DNA of 64,000 nucleotides from Eledone cirrhosa. Lineage: Eukaryota. The stretch lies in assembly GCA_964016885.1 (NCBI GenBank), contig OZ024743.1, forward strand, positions 108,004,001 to 108,068,000. Direction: 5' to 3'. The notes beneath the pieces are model-generated. The model was not told the origin of the DNA, did no database searches, and saw only the letters and a program-made list of their open reading frames with translations. Position numbers and translations under genes: made by a program. Below, one piece after another: positions 13,674 to 27,615 of this stretch. Each line of letters begins with the position of its first letter. The stretch's first letter is position 1.

Positions 13674-14651
13674 TTTGAAATCCTATAGTACTTATAACAG
13701 TCACACAATAAATTAATGAACACTCAATACGTTTAAATAAAGTGCAAATTTTATATTCTTGATCGATTTAAATAGATATATCATATGGGGATACGTCCGT
13801 GACTGTAGGGTTCATATTTTCTTTCGTATGGGTGTTTTAGAAGAGTGGTACTGCTTTTGCCACCGAGGGAAGACATTTGCACATTGTAAACTAGAATTAT
13901 GGCGTTTCATACATTGTCTGCCTTAAGTGATTTAGTTTATGTTTTGCCTAAATATGCGTGCGTATATGAGTGTGTATGTATATACTCGTACATGGCTGTG
14001 TTTGTACGAATATATATGTCTGTGTGATCATGTAATGACATGTATATGTGTGAGCGTGCGTAGATGTGTGCACGCGCCATGTGCTTGTGCGCCAGCGACT
14101 GCATACGTGCCGACGACATGTTCGAGGCTATCATGCAATGGAAGGTATTTAGCCGTTTACACTTGCTTGAATATTTGTGCACTGAGGGAAGACAGAAAGA
14201 TGTCCATTGATATTTTGAAACGCTCAGAAACACGGATCAAACCAATGAGCGAAAGAAATAAAATTAACAAGACAAAAACAAAAAATGTCTCCGCAGGGAG
14301 GTCGAGGTATATACATTTCTACCAATTCTTCGGACAGTGAGCAACGATGACCAAATATGTGTGTGCGTAAAGAGTGAGGAGGGGTAAGCGATCGATGTAT
14401 TATGTTAATTGATATGACTGCCAAAGCAAAAGATTTATAAAATGGCGAAATTGTACGAGGAAAGGGAAGAAGAGAAACATACACACACACACACATATAT
14501 ATATATAGAGAGAGAGAGGGAAAGCAAGAGAGTTATAGAGAAAAGCTGATGTGAAGATATAAAAGTTGTAATGGAAGACGAAGCGGAGGGGATGTGAAAT
14601 ATTAAAGTTCGTTAATATATTGGTAGGTGTAAACAGAAAACATCAAGTAAA

Positions 14652-14709
<58 letters not shown>

Positions 14710-15373
14710 ACTTAACTTCGTACACTCTCCCCTATGTATTACACATTAAATGAATCGGTTCAGTAATTAATGTATTTATATTAAGTTAGACTTACCAGCG
14801 GTTTCAACACTTAAGCATCTATGCCATCAGCTACATTAGAGTGTAAATTTCTACCACATATAAAAACAGGCGCGAAACTATATAACATATTTAAGTTTTA
14901 TTAAAATTCGCATTACCACAGGATTTAAGCCTCCATTGCATCTAATGAGAGACGTTTACCGATGGTAAAACTGAGTTAAATTAGACTTAATATAATACTC
15001 ACATTTTCAGAATTTTATGTTGATTGCTATTTTCTCTCGTTAGCTAAAATAATAAGATTTTGTAATTGTTTCCCGTGTCGTCTTTTCTACAATTTGAACG
15101 CTCGTCATCGTTGTAACAATCGGAAGGCGAATGCACATCATATTAGTTGTAGTTGGAGTTTTGAAGTTTTGAAAATATTTTTCCATTTCGGTCCCTTCCA
15201 ATAATATAAATGGATGGGTAGTACACTTAACTAACTCTTTTTGCGGAGTGAATACACTTAGCCATCCGGTCGAAATTGGCCGAAATTGGGTCCAGTCTAT
15301 ATTAATTCACGCCACACTGGATAGGAAATCAACTGTCACACGTGTATGCTCTTCCTTTTCATTACTTATCTCT

Positions 15374-15450
<77 letters not shown>

Positions 15451-15526
15451 TCTCTCTCTTGCTCTCACGTATAATCTCTCTCTCTTAATCTGTCTCTTTC
15501 TCCCATTCTGTCTCTCACTCTCTCTC

Positions 15527-15565
<39 letters not shown>

Positions 15566-15713
15566 CTCAGACACACATATATGTATGTGTTTGTCTGCCA
15601 ATCAATATAATTTTGCTTCGATCTACTTGTTTGTCATTCGGTTTTCGTACCCATCCTCCTCATCAACTCATTCTGTGATGTATCGATGTATGTATACATA
15701 CATACACACATAA

Positions 15714-15902
15714 ATGGTGGTGGATTGGCAGTATCGGTAGAGGGTCGGATGCCATGCTTCGCAGCATAGTTACGTCCATTTACGGACTGAGTTCAAATCC
15801 CGCCGAGGTTAACTTTGCATTTCATCCTTACGAGGTCGATAAAATAAAGTACCAGTAATGTACTCGGTAATTGCTGACCTTGTGCCAAAAGTAGAAACAA
15901 TC
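15714..15902 (+). mobile_element. SINE S1, full length
   Basis: Matches the S1 consensus from GGTGGATTGGCAGTATCGG to CCAAAAGTAGAAACAAT. Confidence 0.92.
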
Positions 15903-16414
15903 ATATAGATAGATTGCGGAAGGGTGGATAGATGGTCAGTATACCAAAATACGCACACTTAAGCATCTAGCACTCATCCTTCTACGTGGGTACTGCACTG
16001 AACAATTCTTGTGAAGAGGCTTCATAGCCGAAAACTTTAACACATTTACACGATTGCTTTTTCGGCTATAAAACCTACACATAACTTATGTATTGAGTGC
16101 TGGTATATATATATATATGCATTTGTAAGAACGTATGTATGCATATATATATATATATATATATATAGGAGGTGAGTTTTATTGTAGTACAATAAAGCAA
16201 TGCAGATATCGGATAAGAAGCACTCTACAGTTTGTAGGACTGGAGTATACATAATATATAAGATCAAAAGATGGTTAAATGAGTTCCATTTATTTTATCA
16301 TGCGCATTTCAAAAACAAATATCATCATGCAATAACATTTGTGTTTTCATCAGATGAAATAGGACATGATATGAAGGTTAAAAACACTTGTGGATAGTGC
16401 AGTTTTAAATCAAC

Positions 16415-16445
<31 letters not shown>

Positions 16446-16696
16446 TCCCAAATTAAATTAAGGGTGTCATGTCCGAGAGACATGCGCCAGCCATATCCAC
16501 TGTAGAATATGTTCAAAGTTTCCAATGAATTGATCCGAGCATTTTATATCAACTAGAAATTCATTGACATATAAATATATATAAAATAAACATATGAAAC
16601 AATCACATATGTATAAAAATTAAGTCTAGTTATACAATTGAAGAATACATACATATATTAATATATATGAACACATACGCACGCACACACACACAT

Positions 16697-16770
<74 letters not shown>

Positions 16771-16772
<2 letters not shown>

Positions 16773-17352
16773 CGAAGGAGTTGTGGTAAGGAACCAGATG
16801 GACCATAACGCACCAGAGTACTCAATACTTAGGGTAGTAGAGAGGGTAATATGATAAATTATGACCCCGACGGCAGAGCTCAAGCCGTTTCAACGGCTAT
16901 TTCTGGACTAAAGTAAGAGTTTTTTTAGTCTGGTAAATAAATAGCCGAACTTTTCAAAGGGTACTTTCTTATTTGGGAAGATTCTAGTTGTCAAGGGGTT
17001 TGGTCAAAATTTGTAGCAGACACAGAAAAGTCTATCATGGCAGTGGGTGCGGGGCGGGGGTGGCTGAACTTGCCTGTAGAACGATAGGGGTGTGGGTAGA
17101 GCCGGTCAATTCTAAGGTATGTGTATGAAAGTAGGCCAGAGAGGTAGGCGAAAACAGGTTTCTTTAGAAAAAGGAGGAGGGACGTTATAGAATTGGTAAA
17201 TCAAATTTTGATAACTACAATCTACCCATATAAGGAAGTACACCTTGAAAAGTTCGGCTATTTATTTACCAGACTAAAAAAACTCTTACTTTAGTCCAGA
17301 AATAGCCGCCGAAACGGCTTGAGCTCTGCCGTCGGGGTCATACTTTCTCATA
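16771..17352 (-). mobile_element. Family A PLE-like element, copy 2 (longest; two complete HHRs)
   Basis: Inverted arms at about 16849-16994 and 17209-17352 with a ~215-nt spacer. Tail 16771-16848. (TA)n on both sides. Confidence 0.85.
17236..17347 (+). ncRNA. Type I hammerhead ribozyme, U3-A8 variant with extended helix II (mirror copy at about 16855-16968, minus strand)
   Basis: Helix I AAGTA-CACC/GGGG-tca-TACTT. Core TTGAAAA 17245-17251. Helix II CGGCTATTT/AAATAGCCG with inner GACTAAA/TTTAGTC. GAAA 17311-17314. Helix III ACGGC/GCCGT. GUC triplet 17331-17333. Confidence 0.75.
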
Positions 17353-17371
17353 TATATATATAAATAAATAA

Positions 17372-17441
<70 letters not shown>

Positions 17442-17792
17442 ATATATTAATATATGTATGTATTGTTCAATTGTATAACTTAGTCTTAATTTTTGTACAT
17501 ATGTCTCGGGGAGGCGAGACGATTTACGGCCAACATCTTGTTCTGATTTTAATGCAAAACATGAAAAATGATGCCAAATGTTATGTGCTTGTCACGAACA
17601 AGCAAACATTAGATGTTAAACCAAAAAGGACGTTGACAACACCAATATTCCTTTTAGTTGCTTTAAATAATATTATTGTAGTTCTTGTTTTGTCAACAAG
17701 GTTAATTTTCCGTTTCTATTTTCAACCGTATGACAGATTATTATTGTATTATATTAATCTCCAATGTAGCGTTTTCCATGTATAGCATATAC

Positions 17793-17875
<83 letters not shown>

Positions 17876-17927
17876 CTATATCTATATATCTCTCTCTCTC
17901 TCTTTCTGTATATATATATATATATAT

Positions 17928-18084
17928 AACAAAGGAATTGTTGTAAGGAACCAGATGGACCATAACGCACCAGAGTACTCAATACTTAGGGTAGTAGAGT
18001 GGGAAATAGGAAAAGGTATGACCCCGACGGGAGAGCTCCGTCGAAACGGCTTGAGCTCTGCCGCCGGGGTCATACTTTTTCCTG
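17928..18084 (-). mobile_element. Family A PLE-like hairpin, copy 3
   Basis: Same 78-nt tail as the other copies. Arms join at the GAGCTC of loop III. (TA)n on both flanks. Confidence 0.85.
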
Positions 18085-18122
<38 letters not shown>

Positions 18123-18149
18123 CACATACATACATATATATTTCTCTAT

Positions 18150-18452
18150 CTAAGGCGGGTAAAATTCCCGAGATCCATGGACGAGTTCTCTCCAGCGGTC
18201 TCTGTCCCTCATTATCGCTGCCATATCCTGCATCTCCAACAGACCAGTGTCTGTCCTTAGGGCAACAACATATGTTAACCTTGGTCTTCCACTTCTAGTG
18301 TGTTCATGTAGGGGCTCCCAAAGGAGCACTGAGTGCAATGTCAACTCTGGATGTCGGTGAGCATGTCCAGCCAACCTCAGTCTCCTCTGTGTCACTTTTG
18401 AGCTGACTTTTGGGATGCTCCCATACAGCTCTGAGTTTTTCATCCTCAGTGT
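18150..18452 (-). pseudogene. RTE-clade LINE 3' end (same family as 2910-3545)
   Basis: YTLRMKNSELYGSIPKVSSKVTQRRLRLAGHAHRHPEL..LLWEP..GRPRLTY..DRDRWRELV to a stop codon. 5'-truncated into (TA)n. Confidence 0.9.
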
Positions 18453-19671
18453 GTATATATATATATATATATTGGGAACATCTGTAGAATGTCGGAGAAA
18501 ATGTTTTGCGGTATTTAGTTGAGACTTTATACGTACCAATGTAACAATAATTTACTAGCGCTAATTTAAATCGACTATTTTCCTTCCCTGCTGGTGTTCT
18601 GCCCATGTCAGGAGGGAATTATATATATATAACACGTGTCCCCTTGAATTAGATCGCATTGGGTGACTTGACTATTCACAAATATAAACAACCCAGCGGG
18701 CTTTCAAACATTGTTTGACTACGCAATTTTAATCAATCAAACCGAGGATATGGGAAATTACACTATCGCGCAATGCCTGGGAGTGGGATCGAATCCGAAA
18801 CTTATTGATTATGAACCGAACCTTTTAATCGTTTATCAAGAATTTATAATGAATAAGCTTTAAAAAAAATAATGGTTTCTAATATAGTCAAATTACCAAC
18901 AATTTTGTTTGGAATGGTTAAATCTATGTTATCAATCCTGGAATGATACGTTGCCCTCAGTATTTGAACTGGGAATGGGTATATAATCACAATTAAATAG
19001 CGTAAAGCCTTTTGACCGTCTGGTACGATTCTGCCAAATCCACCGTCATTAGCTGTTAGGAAATGATGAAAAATTAACGACTCAAAGTCTCACAACATAA
19101 CACAATATTAATTTTTAAAATTGACAGTTTCACACATTTTGGTGCGAGTGGAAACGATTAGTCAATGAAATCACCCCCAGTAGTTCACTGAAGACGGTTA
19201 TATATACTAACCATGTCCTACGGATGAAAAGCAAAGCTAAACTTTGAAATCTTGGAAATTTGAACGGACGTAGCTACGTATTTGAATCAAACTTTTTATG
19301 GCTCATTTTAATTATGTATTTTTTGTTGTTATATTGCAATATAAGAGTGGTGAGTAAGCCTCTAATACGTTTATAACTGCTATTTCCAGCAACTGTCGTT
19401 ACAGTGACTATGTAGTTGTTACCTTAGTCCGGAATATTTTTCTGTCTCCTATTTATAAGTACATCTTGATTTACAAGAAATAGGAAAAAATCCTCAATAC
19501 CAAAATAGAATATAACATATATATTTCTATTATTATAAATCTGAGTTATATAAGAAACCATTATTATAAAGCTGAGGTTAATCTCCGATTCTACTCTGAT
19601 TGTTGCGATTGCTCGTTAGTCTCTTTCCGCCACCCACTGGTTTTATAATATATATACATATATATATGTGT

Positions 19672-19723
<52 letters not shown>

Positions 19724-19898
19724 ATGCATATGTCTGTATGACATCTTACAGTTGTTTTCGTTTTTTTTTTAATTCGGTGTTTTCATTGTCTTGTATTTAA
19801 TTAACTTCCTCCAACACATGGACAAATTAATTAACTTAAATACTAGATGACGGCACATACGCATTGAAAAGAAAATGAGCCGACGAGCATTCAACGCG

Positions 19899-19978
<80 letters not shown>

Positions 19979-22081
19979 TCTCTCCCTCTCTCTCTGTCTC
20001 TCTCTCTCTCTGTCATATATATATATATATATATATATAATTTGTACATGTGTTTCTGTGTGCGTTATATGCTGTTAGTTCTTTTTATTAATTTGTTATT
20101 TTTTATGTGATTTCGGTTTTATTGTTCAGTAATTATGTCCAGACATATTCTTTGTCTCTTAGTTTATTTTCACTCTCTCATTTAAAGAATTAACCAGTCA
20201 GACAGGTAAATATATCCGAGAACGGCTAAATAGTGGTGAATTTCCAATTGAAGATATAGATTAATTATACACACAATATATATATATATATATAAATGCG
20301 GTGAATTGGCAGTAGTTAGAACGTCGGATAGAATACTTAATGATATTCGTTCTGCTTCTTTGAGCTCTCAGTTTGTCCTAGGCAGTCAGAAAGTAGAGGA
20401 AACATTTCATATGTTCTGGAAGGGGGTATTGAGACAGGAGCAAATGCAGTGGACGCTGATAGCACTGCGCATACTCTCTACAAAATCGGAAATACAGAAT
20501 GACGTTAGAAAGCGCAAGTTGAGGTAGATATCGGAAGGAAAATAATGGGATAGAGGTAATGTAAAGCACCCTGCTTGTTCAACTAAAACCCTTGTTTCGT
20601 ACGTTAGCAACTCCTATTTTTTTGGATCGTGGAGGATATTTCACACAGAAGTGTCAAATAGATAAAACATTAGGTTTCTGAAAAGTCTAGGATGATATCC
20701 TTAATAACTGAAAATTACGTTTTCTGTTAACCATATAAAAGTAGTATATTTTTAAAACTAATATCTTGAGCAATCAAACAGTGCTTATTTTATCGTGCTG
20801 TTCTAGATTTACTTTCTTCTGTACGTTTATATTTTGGGGAGTAAGTTTACGTTTTGTATCCAATAATTTATGGGCTTACATGCTCAGTGCTGGTTAAAGT
20901 AATTTAAACACTCATAAAATGTTAACAATAGCCATTACAAATGTTTCTCAGATTCAGTGAATATCAAAAACCGGGCCATGTTATCGGCCACAAAGATTTA
21001 TTCTCTTCTAAATTTTCACTAAAATGAAGATTGTTGAAATTTGTATTATGTGTTGATTTGTTGACGTTAGCCCGATAAATATATTGAAATATTTCAAAGA
21101 AAATCTCTGATGTATGGCTTTAAGGTGTGGTGTAATCTAAGAAAAGAGTAGTCCATTCTTGCTTGAAACGAATGCATATAGTTAAGGAATTCACATAACT
21201 GAGTTTTGACAATGTACCAGCAACAACGTTTATGTAAGTATTCATGTATGTGTCTGTGCGTTAAAATGCGAAAGATAAATTGACCCTGACATCCGAGAAA
21301 CTGTAACAAACACACCGACACTGCATGAATGAGATTTACAATTCAGCCTTAATTTCAAGAGGTGACCTTGTGTAAAAAACGTGTGTCTGTATGTGTGTAT
21401 CTAAGTATGTATTCTTTAATAAAGATCTTTCATGGAAACACTGAGTATTCTAGAGGAACACCAGCGTAGCAAAGTTCATGCTCAGCCTCAATGAAAAATA
21501 TATTAATATCTACTATTGTTCCAAGTACTCATCCCTGTGGCCACATTACTAAGCGAATGTGTGTACTTGTGTGCGTGAATATATCAAATCCACAATTACA
21601 TAATTATGTAATAACCTAACCTCTTACATATGCATACGTATAGCTGGATGAGGGTATAGACATAGGTGTGCTTATTAACGTTCTTGTAAATAAATCCACA
21701 ATCATATATACGTGTGGGCTTTAATATTTCCTTGAATGCCAAGCCCAATTTATCCGTTGTGTCTTTTGTAGACAACCCTAGACTGTTTACACACTAATGT
21801 TTGCATTTCAAACAACAAAAGCCAAGTAGAGAGAGAGGGAGAGAAGGAAAGTCAAACACAAACAGCAAATACCTTTCGTTGTTTGTCACGTTCGAAGTGA
21901 ACACACACACACATATATATGTGTGCCTGTGTGTGGGTGTCTGTGTGTGGTTCTGACTTTGTTTCCGAAAGAAAAGATGTCCTTGTTGCCTGGGGCTGTC
22001 AAAGCATTATTTTTAGTATAGATGACTCCCTATTAACGACATACACAAGCACCCCCCACAACATACATACATATATATTTA

Positions 22082-22149
<68 letters not shown>

Positions 22150-22302
22150 ATATGTATCATATAAAATAATACAGCCGATTATCCACACAATACAATATAG
22201 TTAGCACCCCAAACGTTTAATTGGGAATATACTCCGGTATTTCCTAATGTTTGCTGAGTGAGGTGGAAGTTGGTCGGAGTATCGCTAATAGCTTTCTCCG
22301 TT

Positions 22303-22389
<87 letters not shown>

Positions 22390-22393
<4 letters not shown>

Positions 22394-23310
22394 AAGGAAT
22401 TGAAAATGCAACTGGAGTTTGTTAAGAATAATTATTTACTTTACCGGTTTCACATTTCTTATAATTTTCAAAAGGAAAATTGAGATGTAGGGTTTTTGTT
22501 GTGGTGTGTCTTGCATCTAGTTGGAGTTCGAATATTCTGTATTTCATACAAAGAAGTAGCTCAAATTGCTATTGTTTTGTGAATAGTGACTAGTATATTT
22601 TTGTTCTTTCGAACAGTGATTTAACTCTTAACATCCTGTAATTATTTACTAGCAAACTTTTAAGAACCTTTTTAATTGAAATATGTATAATAAATTTACT
22701 AGTGGACAGATCATTGCGAAATATATAGTATCAAATTATTGACATCAATTTGTAATGTGATGCTGCCATATTGTTGTTATGTATTGATGTGTCGCTAATG
22801 CGGTTTCATGTGGTACAAGAGGAGTGTTAAATACACTATTGTCTACGATATTTAATATGTTTAGTTTTTTTTTTCATATTCCTTCGTTAGTTCTTTATTT
22901 TTAATTCAGAACATTATCATTACTAACTCTATTACGAAATGCGTTTTTAATTCCATTGATGTTTGGAGACTTTGCCGGTTTCATTTTCCAAGTGACATAT
23001 TTGAGGTGATGTCGTGATATTTGAACCCTACACGTAAATAAAAACACCCAAATAACGAAAGAGTCTGACACTGAGTAGAGTGATTGTATTAACCACAGGT
23101 GAATTTAGTAATGGAAAAACATCATTTATTCAATTTAATATATCGTTGGAATCATTTGTTTAAAATATCTTTCAAATACATCGCAGAATTCTTAATTGTG
23201 TTTTTGCTGTCAACGCGTTCACATCCGGTTGGTGGTGGACATTCGATAGTGTGAATCAGAAAAATTGTGGAAGAATGTAACAGCAGGCCTTTTAGTGTAT
23301 TCGAAAGTCT
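22390..23310 (-). mobile_element. Old PLE-like fragment (terminus shared with 38200-38395)
   Basis: Minus strand TTGAAAA..GAAACCGGTAAAG..ACTCCAGTTG next to (TA)n 22307-22388. The distal boundary is uncertain. Confidence 0.4.
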
Positions 23311-23938
23311 CGTCTCTCATATTACAATACATTTAAATTTTGAATAATCAACTCATTGGTCATCAGTTCTCGCGGGCCGTAGGTTGCCGACCCCTGCTCT
23401 ACTCTTTCTGCGTTTTTAATATCGCTATTGTTTGTAATAGTGAAACAGATTATCCAAACCTCGGTCTCTATCGAAGATGCATATTCCATTGTTCAATCAA
23501 TTGTCTATTCATGAAATTGATAAACAAATACCACTCTAGTGAGATTTTTAAAACCAAAACCACAATATGACTTCATCTAATACGTAACCATAATTAATAT
23601 TTAGTCAAAGCCCTATACCATTTAGTCAATTTGGTATTGTTGCTTTTACTCAAACTATAACTACTAATGTTAAATGTATTACGACTCTGTCTTCAATCAT
23701 TGGTTGGACTGCCTCCAAATATGGTAACATCTTTCTGTGTATGTTTGTCTCTCATTCCCCCACGTACCTCTCTCTCAATATATATCTATTTATGTACATA
23801 CATTTATATGTACAAACATACACAAATGCATACATATATATATATACATACTCAAATGCATACATACATATATATATGTACATATATATGTACATACATA
23901 TATATATATATTTATGTACATATATATGTACACACAAA

Positions 23939-24021
<83 letters not shown>

Positions 24022-24590
24022 GTGCGTGTGTGTGTGTGTGTCTGCATTCATGCCTTTGTGTGGATGTATCAGAATGCCTGTATGCCAAAACATATAAACA
24101 TATACAAATGAAATGGGCATGTATGGCGTGTGTTTGACAAATATTTGAAACCCCCTCTCCCCACAGATATATACACACCGAAGTGTTTTGTCTAAAACCT
24201 TGTGTCAAGCCTGTTTATTTATTGTTTTTCCTGATGTAAAACAACAACTTCTCTTAGTGTTGCTATTCTAATTCCTGTTGTTACGTATATGCGTGGCAGT
24301 GGCTACGTGTGGTTATGTTTGTGTTTGGGCGAGAGCGAGGGATTCTTGAATAATAGTCTGTGTGTGTGTGTCAATGTTTCTTTGTTTATATATGCATGTG
24401 TGTGGCTGTTTGCAATGAGGTGTATAAAAGGTGCCATGGATCCCAATCTCAACAAACATATAGTACAGTTTATGTTAAACTTGAACACCTACTTTCCTGT
24501 ATATCAGTTTCCCAAACTCTTGATTTTTTTTTTTTTTTAAATACACTTCATCAGTTCACCGACACTGTAAATTTTATATAAAAAAATAAT

Positions 24591-24779
24591 TGTTTCTACT
24601 TTTGTGGCACAAGGCCAGCAATGACCCAGTGTATTACTGGTACTTTATTTTATCGACCCCATAAGGATGAAAGGCAAAGTTAACCTCGGCGGGAATTGAA
24701 CTCAGAATGACAAGGGCCGTAACTCTATGCATCAAAGCATGGCGTCCGACCCTCTACCGATACTGCCAATCCACCGCCC
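24591..24779 (-). mobile_element. SINE S1, full length, with 18-bp TSD
   Basis: TTTATATAAAAAAATAAT occurs at 24573-24590 and 24780-24797. Confidence 0.93.
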
Positions 24780-26113
24780 TTTATATAAAAAAATAATCAT
24801 TACAAATTAAGTGTTGGTAGAATAACTCTTTCTACTTTAGGCACAAGGCCAGCAATTCCCCTTATAACAAAAGGCATAATGAACTGCTACTACACATATG
24901 ACCTATTATATAGTTGAACGTAATCGGGGGTACAACCACTGGTGACCGAGAAAAATGGAGAAAATCGCCATTGCCCTGCTACCGACCTTTTCTGTAAATA
25001 TTAAATTTCATATTGATGGAATATAAACAATGTAAACTTTAATCAGCATGTAGTAAGATTATGATTTAACATTACGTTTCGATTAAACCAAATGTTAATA
25101 CAACGAATAGGTTGTGTTACCAATACATTGAGCGTGAATTTCAGGCGATACTGTTCACTCTTTCTCACATTTTAAGGCATTATATCATCGATTTTATCTA
25201 AATATCTTCCAGTTAATGTGTTGTAGAATCCTTCACATCAAGCAAAACATACGCTTAATTTTTTTCAAACTTTTCTTGGATAACTTCTGAGGACTGTATT
25301 TTTCATCTGTTTTCTTCTTCACCACCTCTTGCCTTCCAGAGAACACGTACATATTCCTCCTGAAATTCGCAACGCCCCTATGGCGGCAGAAATGCCCACT
25401 TTGGAAATTTATGTTGTAAAATTTGTGTTTTTGTATAGAGATTAATGACTGGATTGCTATTAATATAAATGTAACGAATTAGCAGCGTCATAATCGTCGG
25501 ATAGAATGCCTTGAGGAGTTTAGCCCAAACACTTTTGCAGTCACACTTTAAATCTAGTCCAATTCAACTTTAACTTTCATCATTTGGGGGTCGATAAATA
25601 AAGAACCAGTCAAACATTGGAATTGATAATTCTCTAATATTCTCCTGAGAATAAAAGTCGTTTCTACTCTCGTATTTGTATATGTTTAAACTCACACTCC
25701 CATCAAATCCCACACAAAAGGAATTTAATTTTGTGCGTCAGTGATTTAATAACCCCCAACCCTCCTCTAATACTAAGTGTACATGACCAACGTAAAAATA
25801 GTTATAAATCTTTGTAAAACGAGAATGCAATAGATCGTATGTGAGAAACAGTGTATGCGTATTTCAAATAACTACTTCAACGACGTAATTGTTTTAAATT
25901 TAACGCACAATTTAAGGTCAAAGTATTTTACAAACAAACACAGCTCAGAAACTATTTTTATCTTTTCTCAAAATGATATACGAACGAATTTTTGAAGTTT
26001 AGTCTAAATAATGTTGAGGAGTTTAGAATTGTGCTTAAAAAATAAAATAGAATAATCGATATACAACGTGTGTAAATCAGCGTTAAATATATATATATAT
26101 ATATATATACATG

Positions 26114-26465
26114 ATGGCTGCCCCCTCGTTATCGAGTATGGCCATTGCACGATATACCATTATTAATAATTATTAATTAATTCTATCGTGCAATGTCTGT
26201 GCGTGAAGATATTTTTTAAAGTGAGGAAAGACTGTGCGCTGCGCCAATCCTACTCTCTGAGCAACAGTAGCTATAAGCCGAAAAGAAGAAAAGATCAACA
26301 TCATCGGTAACTACTGAGCCGCAGGTTTTATATCGGAGTTATCCCAGTTTCCTGGGTTGCCTTCTCCTAGAAAAATTCCCTGACAAAGCCTAGGAGTCCA
26401 TCAACTCCAAGTCGTTTAACCGTGCGATTGGGTGTCCAGTCCGACAATTTCTATGTCCCCGCGCA
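26114..26465 (-). mobile_element. RTE-derived non-autonomous bipartite element
   Basis: RTE-like 3' end (plus strand GGCTGCCCCCTCGTTATCGAGTATGGCCA) and 5'UTR-like block GCCTTCTCCTAG..GACAAAGCCTA. Homologous to 48987-49402. Confidence 0.6.
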
Positions 26466-26960
26466 TAATATATATATACATAACATACATGCATACATAC
26501 ATATATACATACATACATACAAACATACATACATACATACACTGCATCTAGGTCCTATTAAAGTATTGTGAATAAACATTAAATGAAAATATATATATAC
26601 ATTTTGTTATATTACTAAGATTCATTTTTTTTTGTTCTAAACACATAATCACTTACACACACACACATACAGGAATACATATACTGTGTGTGTGTTCATG
26701 AGTGTGCTGAAAGTAAGTTACCACTGTGTAAGCTGCTGCAACACATATTCGACTATAAAATAATTAAACAGGTTTAGCATTGAAACACCAATGGAAAATT
26801 GTCGATACTGTTACCTAATGTGGCAGATGTGAATTGTTTTCTGATAGATAATTTTTTTTACATCACAAAAGCTGTATATGTACAACTTGTTCAACTATTT
26901 TCTAGTTTAGCCTGCGTAGTAGCAGTTTACATTTTATTAAAACTCTAATTTGTTTAGCAC

Positions 26961-27016
<56 letters not shown>

Positions 27017-27033
27017 CATATATATATATATAT

Positions 27034-27379
<346 letters not shown>

Positions 27380-27413
27380 TATATATGTATATATATATTA
27401 TATACGTATATAC

Positions 27414-27478
<65 letters not shown>

Positions 27479-27528
27479 CATAGTATTTTAATTAATATTG
27501 TTGTGTAATTATCTTGTAGTTATATTTA

Positions 27529-27615
27529 TACTAATCTTCATATTTTCTCTGCTTTTTTTTTAGGTAAGTACGTTGGTGAATTTGATTCCACTGTTGTTGA
27601 TTATATCAGGTATGG
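27529..27615 (+). other. Candidate recursive splice site / 46-nt exon (27564-27609)
   Basis: Branch-like TACTAAT 27529-27535, pyrimidine tract, TAG|GTAAGT, and a downstream donor CAG|GTATGG. The open frame reads KYVGEFDSTVVDYI. Confidence 0.45.
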
